Assembly: GCA_013288345.1 (NCBI GenBank)
Contig: JABDCA010000008.1
Coordinates: 10,024 to 74,023, forward strand
Source: Bacteroidota bacterium
Lineage (GTDB): Bacteria > Bacteroidota > Bacteroidia > JABEUT01
Direction of reading: 5' to 3'
DNA: 64,000 nucleotides
Numbering within the stretch: the stretch's first letter is position 1; every line of letters starts with the position of its first letter. A program made the position numbers and the translations under genes. Shown here one piece after another: positions 1-8,646 of the stretch. The notes under the pieces are model-generated. The model searched no databases. It was not told where the DNA came from and saw only the letters and a program-made list of their open reading frames with translations.

Positions 1-732
1 AATACCATCTTTCTCTTTTGTTTTGTAATATAATGCCAATGCAGTAGAGTCACTTTCAATTGCCAAGCTGTATTTTCCCTGATCGGTATAAATGCTGCCG
101 AGGTTGCCATAGCTACGCGCAATGTTATTGGTGTCTTTCATTTCTTCGTACATAGCCAGGGCTTTCAAAGCATATTCTGATGCTTTTGAGGGGTTTTCCA
201 TATCGGAATAGATAACTGCTATATTGCTATAATTTGTAGCTATACCTGCTTTATTATTTAATTCAATGGTTATAGTCAATGATCTTAAAACATAATCAAG
301 CGCTTTAGGATAATCGCCTTCTTCTTCGTAAATAGCACCTATACTACGGAGGTCATTAGCAATACCATTCTTCTCATTTATTTCCTGATTTATCTTTAAT
401 GCTTTGTTCCCGTATTCAAGCGCAATTGAATAATTGCCCTTTGCCCAATATGCAACCGATATACTTCTTAATGCGATAGCATTGCCTTTCTTAAATCCTA
501 ACTTCTCCGCTATTTTGCTTGCTTTTGTCGCGCAGCTTAGTGAACTATCGTAATTACTTATAGCCTTATACTTTTCACTTAATACATTAAGTATATTTAC
601 TTTGACCGTATCATCCTGTTTGGTTATTAATAACCGGCACAACGAATCTATGCCATGATTCTGAGCATAACACAAGTTTGCAATAAGTACACTGGTTATT
701 ATTAAGAGAACTTTGTTGAGCTTCCCTTTCAT
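1..732 (-). CDS. TPR-repeat protein, N-terminal part only (the gene runs off the window start)
   Basis: The minus-strand frame is open from the ATG at 732-730. My hand translation is MKGKLNKVLLIITSVLIANLCYAQ (signal-like), followed by repeated TPR-like units (GNYSIALEY, GDYPKALDY). The start overlaps the stop of the upstream gene (TAATG). Confidence 0.6.
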   Translation of the reverse strand, partial: MKGKLNKVLLIITSVLIANLCYAQNHGIDSLCRLLITKQDDTVKVNILNVLSEKYKAISNYDSSLSCATKASKIAEKLGFKKGNAIALRSISVAYWAKGNYSIALEYGNKALKINQEINEKNGIANDLRSIGAIYEEEGDYPKALDYVLRSLTITIELNNKAGIATNYSNIAVIYSDMENPSKASEYALKALAMYEEMKDTNNIARSYGNLGSIYTDQGKYSLAIESDSTALALYYKTKEKDGI

Positions 733-2924
733 TATATTTTTATTCCAATTACCAATACATCATCCACTTGTTCTAAACTACCTTTCCAGTCTTCCAGTGT
801 TTTTTCAAGTACTTTTTTTTGCTCTGCCATTGATAATTGTGCATTACTCGTTATCAATTGTTGTAATTGCTTGTACTTAAACTTTTTGCCTTTAGGCCCA
901 CCAAACTGATCTGCATAGCCATCGGTAAATAAATAAACAGTATCTCCTTTGTTCAATTTTATTGTTTTAGGGGTAAATGGTTTTTGTTCACCATACTGAA
1001 CACCAACAGGCATTTTATCGGGCAGTATTTCAATAAATACAGGAGCCCCACCTAAATCCTCCCCAATAGGGAGGACTTTAATATTATGTTCTTGCAATGC
1101 ATCGGAATTCTCAAGCCCCTTCCCCAATGGGGAAGGTGGGGATGGGGCTTTTAAAATCCATATAGGGTTATTTGCAGCTGCGCATTGCATCTCCATCTTC
1201 TCAGTATCAATGCAACACAATACGCAATCCATTCCGTCTTTGCTTTCTGTAACACTTCCTTCAGGGTTCAATGCATGAATAAGGTTATGCCTTACATCAT
1301 TTAAAGCAGCATCAGGCGCAGAAATTCCTCTTTCCACAATTGCTTCATTCAACAGTGTAATATTGAGGATGGACATAAATGCACCGGGCACTCCGTGTCC
1401 GGTAGAATCGCAACAGGCAAACCAGAATTTATTTTTCATGTTCACTGCCCAATAAAAATCACCACTTACAATATCGCGTGGTTTATATAAAATAAAATGC
1501 CCGGGCAAATATTTGGTTATATATGCTTCGGTGGTGAGCAGCGCATTCTGTATGCGGCTTGCATACGTAATACTGTCGGTAATATCTTTATTCTTTTCCT
1601 CTACAATACTTTTCTGTTCCTCTATTATGTTTTTTTGCTTGCGGGTAGTTTTTAACGACCTGAATACAACCAGCGCCAGGCACGCAACACCAAGTGCAAT
1701 AGCCCCTATAAAAGCAATTACAATTTTTTGCTTTTTACTTTCAGCAGCCGAAAGCGCATTATTTTTATCTTCCTCTGCCTGCTTTACAACAAGTTGTTTG
1801 TCATAATCAGCTTTGGCTTCCAGTTTACCTATTTGTTTGCTTTTATCCTGGTTCACAATACTGTCCTGGGCAATACTTGAAAGCTTAAATGCTTCATATG
1901 CATCTTGCCATCTGTTGGTCTTAACATATATATCGCTTAAGTACTGATTTGTTGATCTTACCAGGCCTAAAAAATTTATACTATCGCCTATAGCACGCGC
2001 TTCTAAAAGATATTTTTCTGCCTGCTTGTAATCTTTTTCCATTTGGTAAATGTTCCCAACGTTCGACAGGTTATTGGCATATCCTCTTTTATTTCCAATC
2101 TCTTTGTCAATCCTTAGCGCTTCGTTATAATATAACAGGGCCTTATTGTATTCTCCCATGCTGCCATAAACACTTCCTATGTTTCCCATATTCGTACCCA
2201 CTCCGCTTTCATCGCCCAGTTCTTTCGACATCTCTATGGCCTTTAAATGGTATTCCAGCGCTTTGGTGTTGTTCTTAAGTCCATGATAGGCAATACCTAT
2301 ATCGCCTGTTATTATTTCAATGTATTGCTTGCTTTTTAGTTTCTCGTCTATTTCCAATGCTTTAAAATAGTAATCAAGCGCATCCTTGTACTTATCCTGT
2401 TGAGCATACAGCAGCCCAATGTTAGCTGTGTTTCTGGCTATGCCTATGCTGTCCTTCATATCCTCTGTTATTTTCAATGCTTGCAAATAAGCATCGAGCG
2501 CCCGCGGATAATCATCTTGCTCCCAATAAACAATACCAATGTTGCCAATTACTTTTGTCACCCCTTCTTTATCGCCCATCTCATCAAACATTTTTCTCGA
2601 TTTTGAGTATAGATATAGGGCCTGCGGGTAATTACTCTGGTCGTCGGAAAGTACTGCGCTATTAAAAATGGCAACAGCTATGCCTCTTTTAAAATTAATT
2701 TTTGTAGCTAATGCAAGTGCAAGCTTTGCAACTGAATCGCCTTTGGGGTAATTACCCATTCCCTCTATTTCGCGGGTATAGGCGTTCAACATTTTTACTT
2801 TATTGGTATCCTCATTGGCCAGCTTTAATAAATTCGTTAAAGAATCAAGCTTTTTTTGCTGACCACAAAGAGATAGTGCGTATGTAAAAAAGAATAGAAA
2901 AAACAGTACGTATTTCTTCATCAC
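732..2924 (-). CDS. TPR-repeat sensor with one TM helix and a C-terminal PP2C/SpoIIE-type serine phosphatase domain
   Basis: Signal peptide, about 8 TPR-like units (Y.A...Y.KAL.I), a TM segment IVIAFIGAIALGVACLALVVF, then SpoIIE-family motifs VSGDFYWAV, CDSTGHGVPGAFMS and FTDGYADQFGG. Confidence 0.8.
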   Translation of the reverse strand: MMKKYVLFFLFFFTYALSLCGQQKKLDSLTNLLKLANEDTNKVKMLNAYTREIEGMGNYPKGDSVAKLALALATKINFKRGIAVAIFNSAVLSDDQSNYPQALYLYSKSRKMFDEMGDKEGVTKVIGNIGIVYWEQDDYPRALDAYLQALKITEDMKDSIGIARNTANIGLLYAQQDKYKDALDYYFKALEIDEKLKSKQYIEIITGDIGIAYHGLKNNTKALEYHLKAIEMSKELGDESGVGTNMGNIGSVYGSMGEYNKALLYYNEALRIDKEIGNKRGYANNLSNVGNIYQMEKDYKQAEKYLLEARAIGDSINFLGLVRSTNQYLSDIYVKTNRWQDAYEAFKLSSIAQDSIVNQDKSKQIGKLEAKADYDKQLVVKQAEEDKNNALSAAESKKQKIVIAFIGAIALGVACLALVVFRSLKTTRKQKNIIEEQKSIVEEKNKDITDSITYASRIQNALLTTEAYITKYLPGHFILYKPRDIVSGDFYWAVNMKNKFWFACCDSTGHGVPGAFMSILNITLLNEAIVERGISAPDAALNDVRHNLIHALNPEGSVTESKDGMDCVLCCIDTEKMEMQCAAANNPIWILKAPSPPSPLGKGLENSDALQEHNIKVLPIGEDLGGAPVFIEILPDKMPVGVQYGEQKPFTPKTIKLNKGDTVYLFTDGYADQFGGPKGKKFKYKQLQQLITSNAQLSMAEQKKVLEKTLEDWKGSLEQVDDVLVIGIKI
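1038..1148. repeat. GC-rich nested palindromic element (copy E1) lying in frame inside the SpoIIE-domain CDS
   Basis: The 111-nt segment contains CCTCCCCAATAGGGAGG and CCTTCCCCAATGGGGAAGG hairpins. Its left half is nearly identical to the intergenic copy at 31894-31930. It encodes APSPPSPLGKGLENSDALQEHNIKVLPIGEDLGGAPV. Confidence 0.75.
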
Positions 2925-3004
2925 CTCAATTAGTTGAGGTAAATATAAAAGAAATACGAAAAGTGTCTAGGCTTCTGTAACCTTGAAAGGTTACTATTTT
3001 ATTT

Positions 3005-3043
3005 GCCTACTCTTTTAATCGTGGATTTTCGGCTTACTCCTTT
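3005..3043. repeat. About 37-nt direct repeat, copy 1, flanking the small membrane-protein gene
   Basis: TGCCTACTCTTTTAATCGTGGATTTTCGGCTTACTCC aligns by hand with 3433-3470 (TACCTACTCTTTATAAATGGATTTTCGGTTTACTCC). Confidence 0.7.
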
Positions 3044-3047
3044 TACC

Positions 3048-3419
3048 TTATTTCTTCATAATTCCCATTATGGAAGAAAGTACACCAATTACTGCGCCCA
3101 TAGCAATTACGTATACTGAAATACCGATAACATTAGCGGCTTCTTTACCTAATTTTTTAATATGTACAAGTATTAAAAACGCAGCTAATCCTGAGACAAC
3201 CAAGTTCAGAATTGAAAGCCACCATGCTTTTCCTTTCCCGAAAAAAGCAAAGACACCAGATAGAAGACCCAATACAATAAATAAGATCGCTACTGTTTTG
3301 GCAGGCCCTCCTAACGAAAACATGGTATACGATTGGTCACCTACTGTAATGTAAGGTAAAAATGTTCCAATGATAATAACTGCCATTCCGGCCAGTCCTG
3401 TAAGTTGAGTTTTTTTCAT
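3048..3419 (-). CDS. Small integral membrane protein (about 4 TM helices), function unknown
   Basis: 123 aa, with four hydrophobic stretches (AVIIIGTFLPYI, VAILFIVLGLLSGVFAFF, LVVSGLAAFLILV, VYVIAMGAVIGVLSSIMGI). No recognisable motif. Confidence 0.55.
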   Translation of the reverse strand: MKKTQLTGLAGMAVIIIGTFLPYITVGDQSYTMFSLGGPAKTVAILFIVLGLLSGVFAFFGKGKAWWLSILNLVVSGLAAFLILVHIKKLGKEAANVIGISVYVIAMGAVIGVLSSIMGIMKK

Positions 3420-3432
3420 GATTTATTTGTTT

Positions 3433-3470
3433 TTTTACCTACTCTTTATAAATGGATTTTCGGTTTACTC
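3433..3470. repeat. About 37-nt direct repeat, copy 2, flanking the small membrane-protein gene
   Basis: See 3005-3043. Same orientation, about 428 bp away. Confidence 0.7.
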
Positions 3471-3498
3471 CATATATTTTAATCTATTGTTATCTCTG

Positions 3499-4686
3499 CT
3501 ATTTAATAGCCCCACCAGGCGCCATAGTAACAGTACACCCCTTACGGTTCTTTACAGTTACTCTTATATTTTCTCCTTTCTTTATACCTACGCGCCTTAA
3601 ATCAATTATTCCAGTCACACCCGGGAATTTGTGCTCTTTACCGTTTGCAGTCACAATGACCATAAGAGCATTACTTTGACATGAATATTTAAAAGATAGG
3701 GTTGGTTTTTTGTCATTGAATTCTCCTGAAAATATTGTGGAATCCATTATTTCAGGTTTAAAAAGGAGCTTTATTTGTTTTCCTGTTTTATCTATTGTCC
3801 ATTCTTCCCCATCTTCCATCCATACAAGAGCCTGGCCACTATTGAATGATCCCTCTTTTGCATATTGCAAGGGTATCACTTCCACCCCACTTGCATTAAT
3901 AAATCCCCATTTACCATTTGCCTCAACCATTGCCATGTCTTCTCTGAAAACGTCCATATAATCATATTTGAATGATATCACTACCTTGCCTGTTGCATCA
4001 ATAAGTCCCATCTTATGGTTTAGCATTACTACTGCTTGGCCATCTTTGCTAAATGAACAAAGTCCATTCCGGAAGTTGTTGTCGTAAGTAGGGTGTATAA
4101 CTTCCACTGCTTTAGAATTCAAAAAACCGACTTTCCCGTTTAGCACAAAAGGAGTGTATCCGTTAGCGCCTTCGCCACTTAACGAGTCATATTTAGCCGG
4201 TACTACCATAGTTCCGCTTTTATTGATAAAACCGAATTTTAATTTCCCTTGAGCGTCTTTTACAGATGCAGAGCACAATCCTGCATCATTGAACACACCC
4301 AGGTCAAAATATTTAAAAGGAATAACTGTTGCACCTGCCTTATTTATAAAGCCATGTTTTTCATATGTTGCACCGCCCTCTTTAACATCAATGGCAACAT
4401 CAGCGAGGCCTTCATAAAAATCGTTTGCAGCAACGTATTTAGCTTGTATTTTCATAGTGCCATTCACGTCGATATAGCCCCAGTTGTCTCCTATCCTGAC
4501 AGCCGCAAGACCCTCAAAAAAGTAATGCGCATCATCATATTTTGGCGGAATAATAAATGAGCCCCCGGTGTTATTGGTACTTTTATACCCGTATTTGTTA
4601 TTCTCCTCAACAGGAGCCAGGCCGGTTTGAGCATGTAACGATTGTATTAAAATACTCATTATGCAAATTGTAATTAGTCTTTTCAT
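3499..4686 (-). CDS. Secreted WG-containing-repeat (KWG) protein with an extra C-terminal domain
   Basis: Signal peptide, then about 7 repeats of the pattern hydrophobic-G-(F/Y/L)-I-(D/N)-x-x-G (NKYGYKSTN, DNWGYIDVNG, EKHGFINKAG, LKFGFINKSG, GKVGFLNSK, HKMGLIDATG, GKWGFINASG). Confidence 0.7.
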   Translation of the reverse strand: MKRLITICIMSILIQSLHAQTGLAPVEENNKYGYKSTNNTGGSFIIPPKYDDAHYFFEGLAAVRIGDNWGYIDVNGTMKIQAKYVAANDFYEGLADVAIDVKEGGATYEKHGFINKAGATVIPFKYFDLGVFNDAGLCSASVKDAQGKLKFGFINKSGTMVVPAKYDSLSGEGANGYTPFVLNGKVGFLNSKAVEVIHPTYDNNFRNGLCSFSKDGQAVVMLNHKMGLIDATGKVVISFKYDYMDVFREDMAMVEANGKWGFINASGVEVIPLQYAKEGSFNSGQALVWMEDGEEWTIDKTGKQIKLLFKPEIMDSTIFSGEFNDKKPTLSFKYSCQSNALMVIVTANGKEHKFPGVTGIIDLRRVGIKKGENIRVTVKNRKGCTVTMAPGGAIK

Positions 4687-4711
4687 GTCCTTTGGTTTTA
4701 TTATTGATTGG

Positions 4712-5287
4712 TTATAGCTGAAATAGTATTTCTAAATGAACATGGCAATTGCCTTTATCTACATACTCTATAGTTGGAGCGCCACCTAAGGCAAGCGCTG
4801 GGACAAAAAAGAAAATTTCATCGTTTTTAAGTTTCCCAAGCTTCTTCGTGGCAGCTTCAAATAACTCTTTACTTAAATTTCTATTAATGATCTCCTCATC
4901 ACATAAAAAGGCATTAAAAAACTCAGTTAAACTCCAGCAACACACATGAATTTTACGGAAATGCGGGTCGAAAAGGCATACATCTTCTTCAGTATCACTT
5001 AGCTTCCTGTAATAAAAAAGATCTCCGAAAGCACTTATTGCAATGGGCACATAGTTTGGTATTTCTTTTCCCAGCGTTCTTTCTAAGTCTCCTTCAAAAT
5101 CCTGAGGGTTTACAATCTCAATTATTCCATCGTTGTACTTACCTAATCCTTTTGTTTTCCACAACTCAATGAGAGCAGAAGGAATTTTTTTAGAATAACG
5201 CTTTACCAATGCATCACTTGGAATAATGACATTGGTTGGTTTGTATTTTGTAGTAAATTCATCTAACTGCATTTTTGTTGCACTCAT
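4712..5287 (-). CDS. GAD-like / DUF1851 (Tdi1-like) putative immunity protein
   Basis: 191 aa and cytoplasmic. The N-terminal LIELWKTKGLGKYNDGIIEIVNP and the C-terminal FFFVPALALGGAPTIEYVDKGNCHVHLEILFQL match my recollection of the GAD-like + T6SS_Tdi1_C architecture. Not verified by search. Confidence 0.55.
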   Translation of the reverse strand: MSATKMQLDEFTTKYKPTNVIIPSDALVKRYSKKIPSALIELWKTKGLGKYNDGIIEIVNPQDFEGDLERTLGKEIPNYVPIAISAFGDLFYYRKLSDTEEDVCLFDPHFRKIHVCCWSLTEFFNAFLCDEEIINRNLSKELFEAATKKLGKLKNDEIFFFVPALALGGAPTIEYVDKGNCHVHLEILFQL

Positions 5288-5421
5288 ACTGAATTAATTT
5301 TTGTGTTGAATGTTACCTTATGAAGCATTAAACTTAATAGCGCAAAAGTATTACCGCAACTAATTTTCAGGTAACAAAGTGGCGTTACAAAACCATATAC
5401 AAAATAAAATTGTACTGGTAA

Positions 5422-7260
5422 TCAGATAGATTCAGCAATGTCGTCTATACTCTTGCTTTCTGATAAACTTAATTTTTTACGCAAACGGTAACGGGTTATT
5501 CTAATTGTATCGGAAGATACACCCAGGATATTTGCCATTTGTTTACCATCGAGTTTAAGTTTGGTTAAACAAACTAAACGGATCTCAGCAGGAGTGAGGT
5601 CAGGTAATTTTTCTTTTAATCGTATAAAAAATCCTTTGTATACCTGTTCAAAGTAATTTCTGAAATTATTCCAGTCCTCTTCAGTAAGTATGGTTGTTTT
5701 ACTTAGGTATTCTAGTTGCTCAACCCGCACCTCACTCAATTCCCTCGATTTAAGGTTCTTTAACTTTTCAACATCAGTTTTGAATTGTTCCAGTAATTCA
5801 TTTTTTTCAGCCATGCTCTGGGTATAAACTTCAAGTGTATTGTTAGCACTTTGTAATTTCTCCCCTAAGTAGTCCTTCTCTAGTTTCAGCAAAGTCTTTT
5901 CTTTTTCAGAAAGCGCTACTGTTACTTCATCTTTTTTTCGTTTTATCTGCAAGCTTCTTATAAATAAAAAAGCTATAATAATAGTAAGACCTAATATTAC
6001 AAGTATGCTATAATTAATTATGTTCTTTCTTTTTATTTCGGCAACTCTTTTAATATCAAGTTTTGCATGTTCCGTTTTAATAGAATCTGTTTTCCTGTCA
6101 AAATCATAGGCCATTTGTTCACTTAATATCCTTTTCGTATTCTCTTCATTTACCAAGCTATCGCCGTAGGCAATGTAAATTTTGTAATTACAAAAAGCTG
6201 ACTTATAATTTTCTTTTGCACTATCCAGCATTTTCATAACATTATAAACGTTCCTGATTATTTCCTTGGCGCCTATATTCTTACATAAAAATAAAGCGCT
6301 ATCCAGGTATTGGCGAGCTTCATCATTCCTCTTTTCCATTATGTTTATTCTTCCTATATGCCAATAGTTAGTAGCTATCATATATTTTTCATCAATTTTT
6401 TTGGCAATTTCTATACTTTTCAAATAGTTTTCCAGAGCCTCAGTATAACTGCCTTCTTTTTCGTAGGTATTTCCTATATTAAAGTAATGATTATCCATTC
6501 CAGATTTATCTCCTTCTTCTTCCGAAATTTTAAGGGCCTGTAATTGGTTTTTAATTGCTTCCGCATATTTACCTTGCCTTGCATAGATAGTTCCGATATT
6601 TCCATATCCAGCATCAATACCTTGTTTATTGCCTATTTCTTGCTCTATTTTTAAACTTAAAGAATAATTCTTTAACGCTTCTGTATAGTCACCTTCAATA
6701 TCATAAATGCCTCCTATATTATTATATGCAGCACCAATACCAAATTTATTGCCAATCTCCTGGTCTATTTTTAAAGCTTGTAATTCATATTTCAGAGCTT
6801 CCGGATGATTACCTTCATCATCATAAATATTACCTATATCAGTATAGGCTGCTCCTATAGCCTGTTTACTATCCAATAAATCGGTTGTATTATTATTATT
6901 TTTTGCGCGTTCCTGCAATTCTCCCGCCACTTTTAGGCCTTCCATGTAGTTTTTTAAGGCTTCAGTATATTTACTTTGCGCATAATAAGCAAGCCCCCTT
7001 ATTTCATAAGTTTTACATAGACCCTTTTTATAATCCAGTTGCTTAGCTAATTGTAAAACATTTTCCTCCAATAAATATGCTCGGGAATAATCGCCCATAT
7101 TGGATAATGTTGAACAAAGCTCATTCAATGTATTTATCTTACTGGTATCTTCTTTTTCGGTTTTTAGAACAGCCTTTAAAGAATCTACTTGGCTTTGTTG
7201 AGCAAAACCAAACGAAAATGAAAATGAATAAAGGACAAGAAGCAGTAATATTTTCCTCAT
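5422..7260 (-). CDS. TPR-repeat sensor with one TM helix, a coiled coil and a C-terminal LuxR-type HTH
   Basis: Signal peptide, TPR units (GDYTEALKNY, GKYAEAIKNQ, GSYTEALENY), TM segment YSILVILGLTIIIAFLFI, and a C-terminal LTPAEIRLVCLTKLKLDGKQMANILGVSSDTIRITRYRLRKKL. Confidence 0.75.
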   Translation of the reverse strand: MRKILLLLVLYSFSFSFGFAQQSQVDSLKAVLKTEKEDTSKINTLNELCSTLSNMGDYSRAYLLEENVLQLAKQLDYKKGLCKTYEIRGLAYYAQSKYTEALKNYMEGLKVAGELQERAKNNNNTTDLLDSKQAIGAAYTDIGNIYDDEGNHPEALKYELQALKIDQEIGNKFGIGAAYNNIGGIYDIEGDYTEALKNYSLSLKIEQEIGNKQGIDAGYGNIGTIYARQGKYAEAIKNQLQALKISEEEGDKSGMDNHYFNIGNTYEKEGSYTEALENYLKSIEIAKKIDEKYMIATNYWHIGRINIMEKRNDEARQYLDSALFLCKNIGAKEIIRNVYNVMKMLDSAKENYKSAFCNYKIYIAYGDSLVNEENTKRILSEQMAYDFDRKTDSIKTEHAKLDIKRVAEIKRKNIINYSILVILGLTIIIAFLFIRSLQIKRKKDEVTVALSEKEKTLLKLEKDYLGEKLQSANNTLEVYTQSMAEKNELLEQFKTDVEKLKNLKSRELSEVRVEQLEYLSKTTILTEEDWNNFRNYFEQVYKGFFIRLKEKLPDLTPAEIRLVCLTKLKLDGKQMANILGVSSDTIRITRYRLRKKLSLSESKSIDDIAESI

Positions 7261-7309
7261 TACTTCTGTAGAAATTACGAAGTAAATATACTGGAAATAA
7301 GAAATAAGA

Positions 7310-8641
7310 TTATGCCTCTATCAGTTCTTGAAGATAGTTAACGCTCTTTACCTTTTCCTGATTTTGAATAAGCTCTTCGAACTCCTTACGGAAATGGCGT
7401 ATAGCACTGGCTACAGGCCATGCTGCGGCATCGCCAAGCGGGCATATAGTCCGGCCTTCTATTTTGGCCTGCACATCCCATAACAGATCAATGTCGCTCA
7501 TTTTGCCATGGCCATCAATTATTTTGTGCAGTACTTTCTCCATCCAGCCTGTTCCTTCGCGGCACGGGCTACATTGCCCACACGATTCATGGTGGTAAAA
7601 ACGGGTGAAGTTATATAGGTTCTTTACTACACTAACGCTGTCATCCATTACAATAAATCCACCCGAACCAAGCATGGTACCGGTTGCAAACCCTCCATCC
7701 GAAAGCGATTCGTAGCTCATCAAGCGTGGTTCGCCTTTAGCAGTAGTTAAAAATAATTCGGCAGGTAAAATAGGCACCGATGAACCACCGGCCACTATTG
7801 CTTTAAATTTTTTATCGTTGCGTATTCCTCCGCAATATTCATCAGAATACAAAAACTCTTGCACCGGAAGGCCCAGGTCAATTTCGTAAACACCCGGCTT
7901 TTTAATATGTCCGCAGGCAGAAATTAATTTAGTGCCTGTACTTTTTCCAACTCCAATTTTAGCATACTCTTCGCCACCCATGTTCAATACATGCGGCACA
8001 GCAGCTATTGTCTCTACGTTGTTAACTACAGTAGGGCACATCCATAAACCCTGTATAGCAGGAAATGGTGGTTTCATACGAGGGTTGCCTCTTTTGCCTT
8101 CTAATGATTCTATAAGGCCAGTCTCTTCGCCGCAAATATAAGCGCCTGCACCAGGGTGTACATACAGGTCGAGATCGAAACCTGAGCCTTGTATATTTTT
8201 ACCCAGCCAGCCTGCTTCGTATGCTTCGGCAATGGCTTTTTCTAATATATGATAAACATAAAGTAATTCGCCACGAATGTATATGTATGCTGTATGTGCA
8301 TCAAGTGCAAAGCTGGAAACGATCATGCCTTCAACTAATGCATGAGGCAACTTCTGCATTAAGTATCTGTCCTTAAATGTGCCGGGTTCGCTTTCATCGG
8401 CATTGCAAACTAAATAGTGTGGATTAGGTGTTTTTTTATCAATAAAGCTCCACTTCATTCCTGTTGGGAATCCTGCTCCTCCCCTACCTCTTAGTCCTGA
8501 TTTTTTTACTTCTTCTACTACATCATCAGGCTTCATTTTCAAAGCCTTTTCTACACTTGCATAACCACCCTTCTCGCGATAAACACTATAGGTTTCTATA
8601 CCCGGTACGTTAATATGCTGAAGCAATAATTTTTTGCCCAT
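7310..8641 (-). CDS. nuoF: NADH-quinone oxidoreductase subunit F (51-kDa FMN/NADH-binding subunit)
   Basis: GLRGRGGAGFPTGMKW (FMN site) and ESCGQCSPCREG (4Fe-4S N3 ligands). 443 aa. Confidence 0.9.
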   Translation of the reverse strand: MGKKLLLQHINVPGIETYSVYREKGGYASVEKALKMKPDDVVEEVKKSGLRGRGGAGFPTGMKWSFIDKKTPNPHYLVCNADESEPGTFKDRYLMQKLPHALVEGMIVSSFALDAHTAYIYIRGELLYVYHILEKAIAEAYEAGWLGKNIQGSGFDLDLYVHPGAGAYICGEETGLIESLEGKRGNPRMKPPFPAIQGLWMCPTVVNNVETIAAVPHVLNMGGEEYAKIGVGKSTGTKLISACGHIKKPGVYEIDLGLPVQEFLYSDEYCGGIRNDKKFKAIVAGGSSVPILPAELFLTTAKGEPRLMSYESLSDGGFATGTMLGSGGFIVMDDSVSVVKNLYNFTRFYHHESCGQCSPCREGTGWMEKVLHKIIDGHGKMSDIDLLWDVQAKIEGRTICPLGDAAAWPVASAIRHFRKEFEELIQNQEKVKSVNYLQELIEA

Positions 8642-8646
8642 AATGG

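Noticed and set aside
2925-2995. Hairpins CACCTCAATTAGTTGAGGT (abutting the ATG of the TPR-SpoIIE gene) and GTAACCTTGAAAGGTTAC as regulatory structures
   Set aside because: The stems are short (6-7 bp) with no T-run or conservation evidence. The second may simply terminate the small membrane gene. There is not enough support to call a feature.
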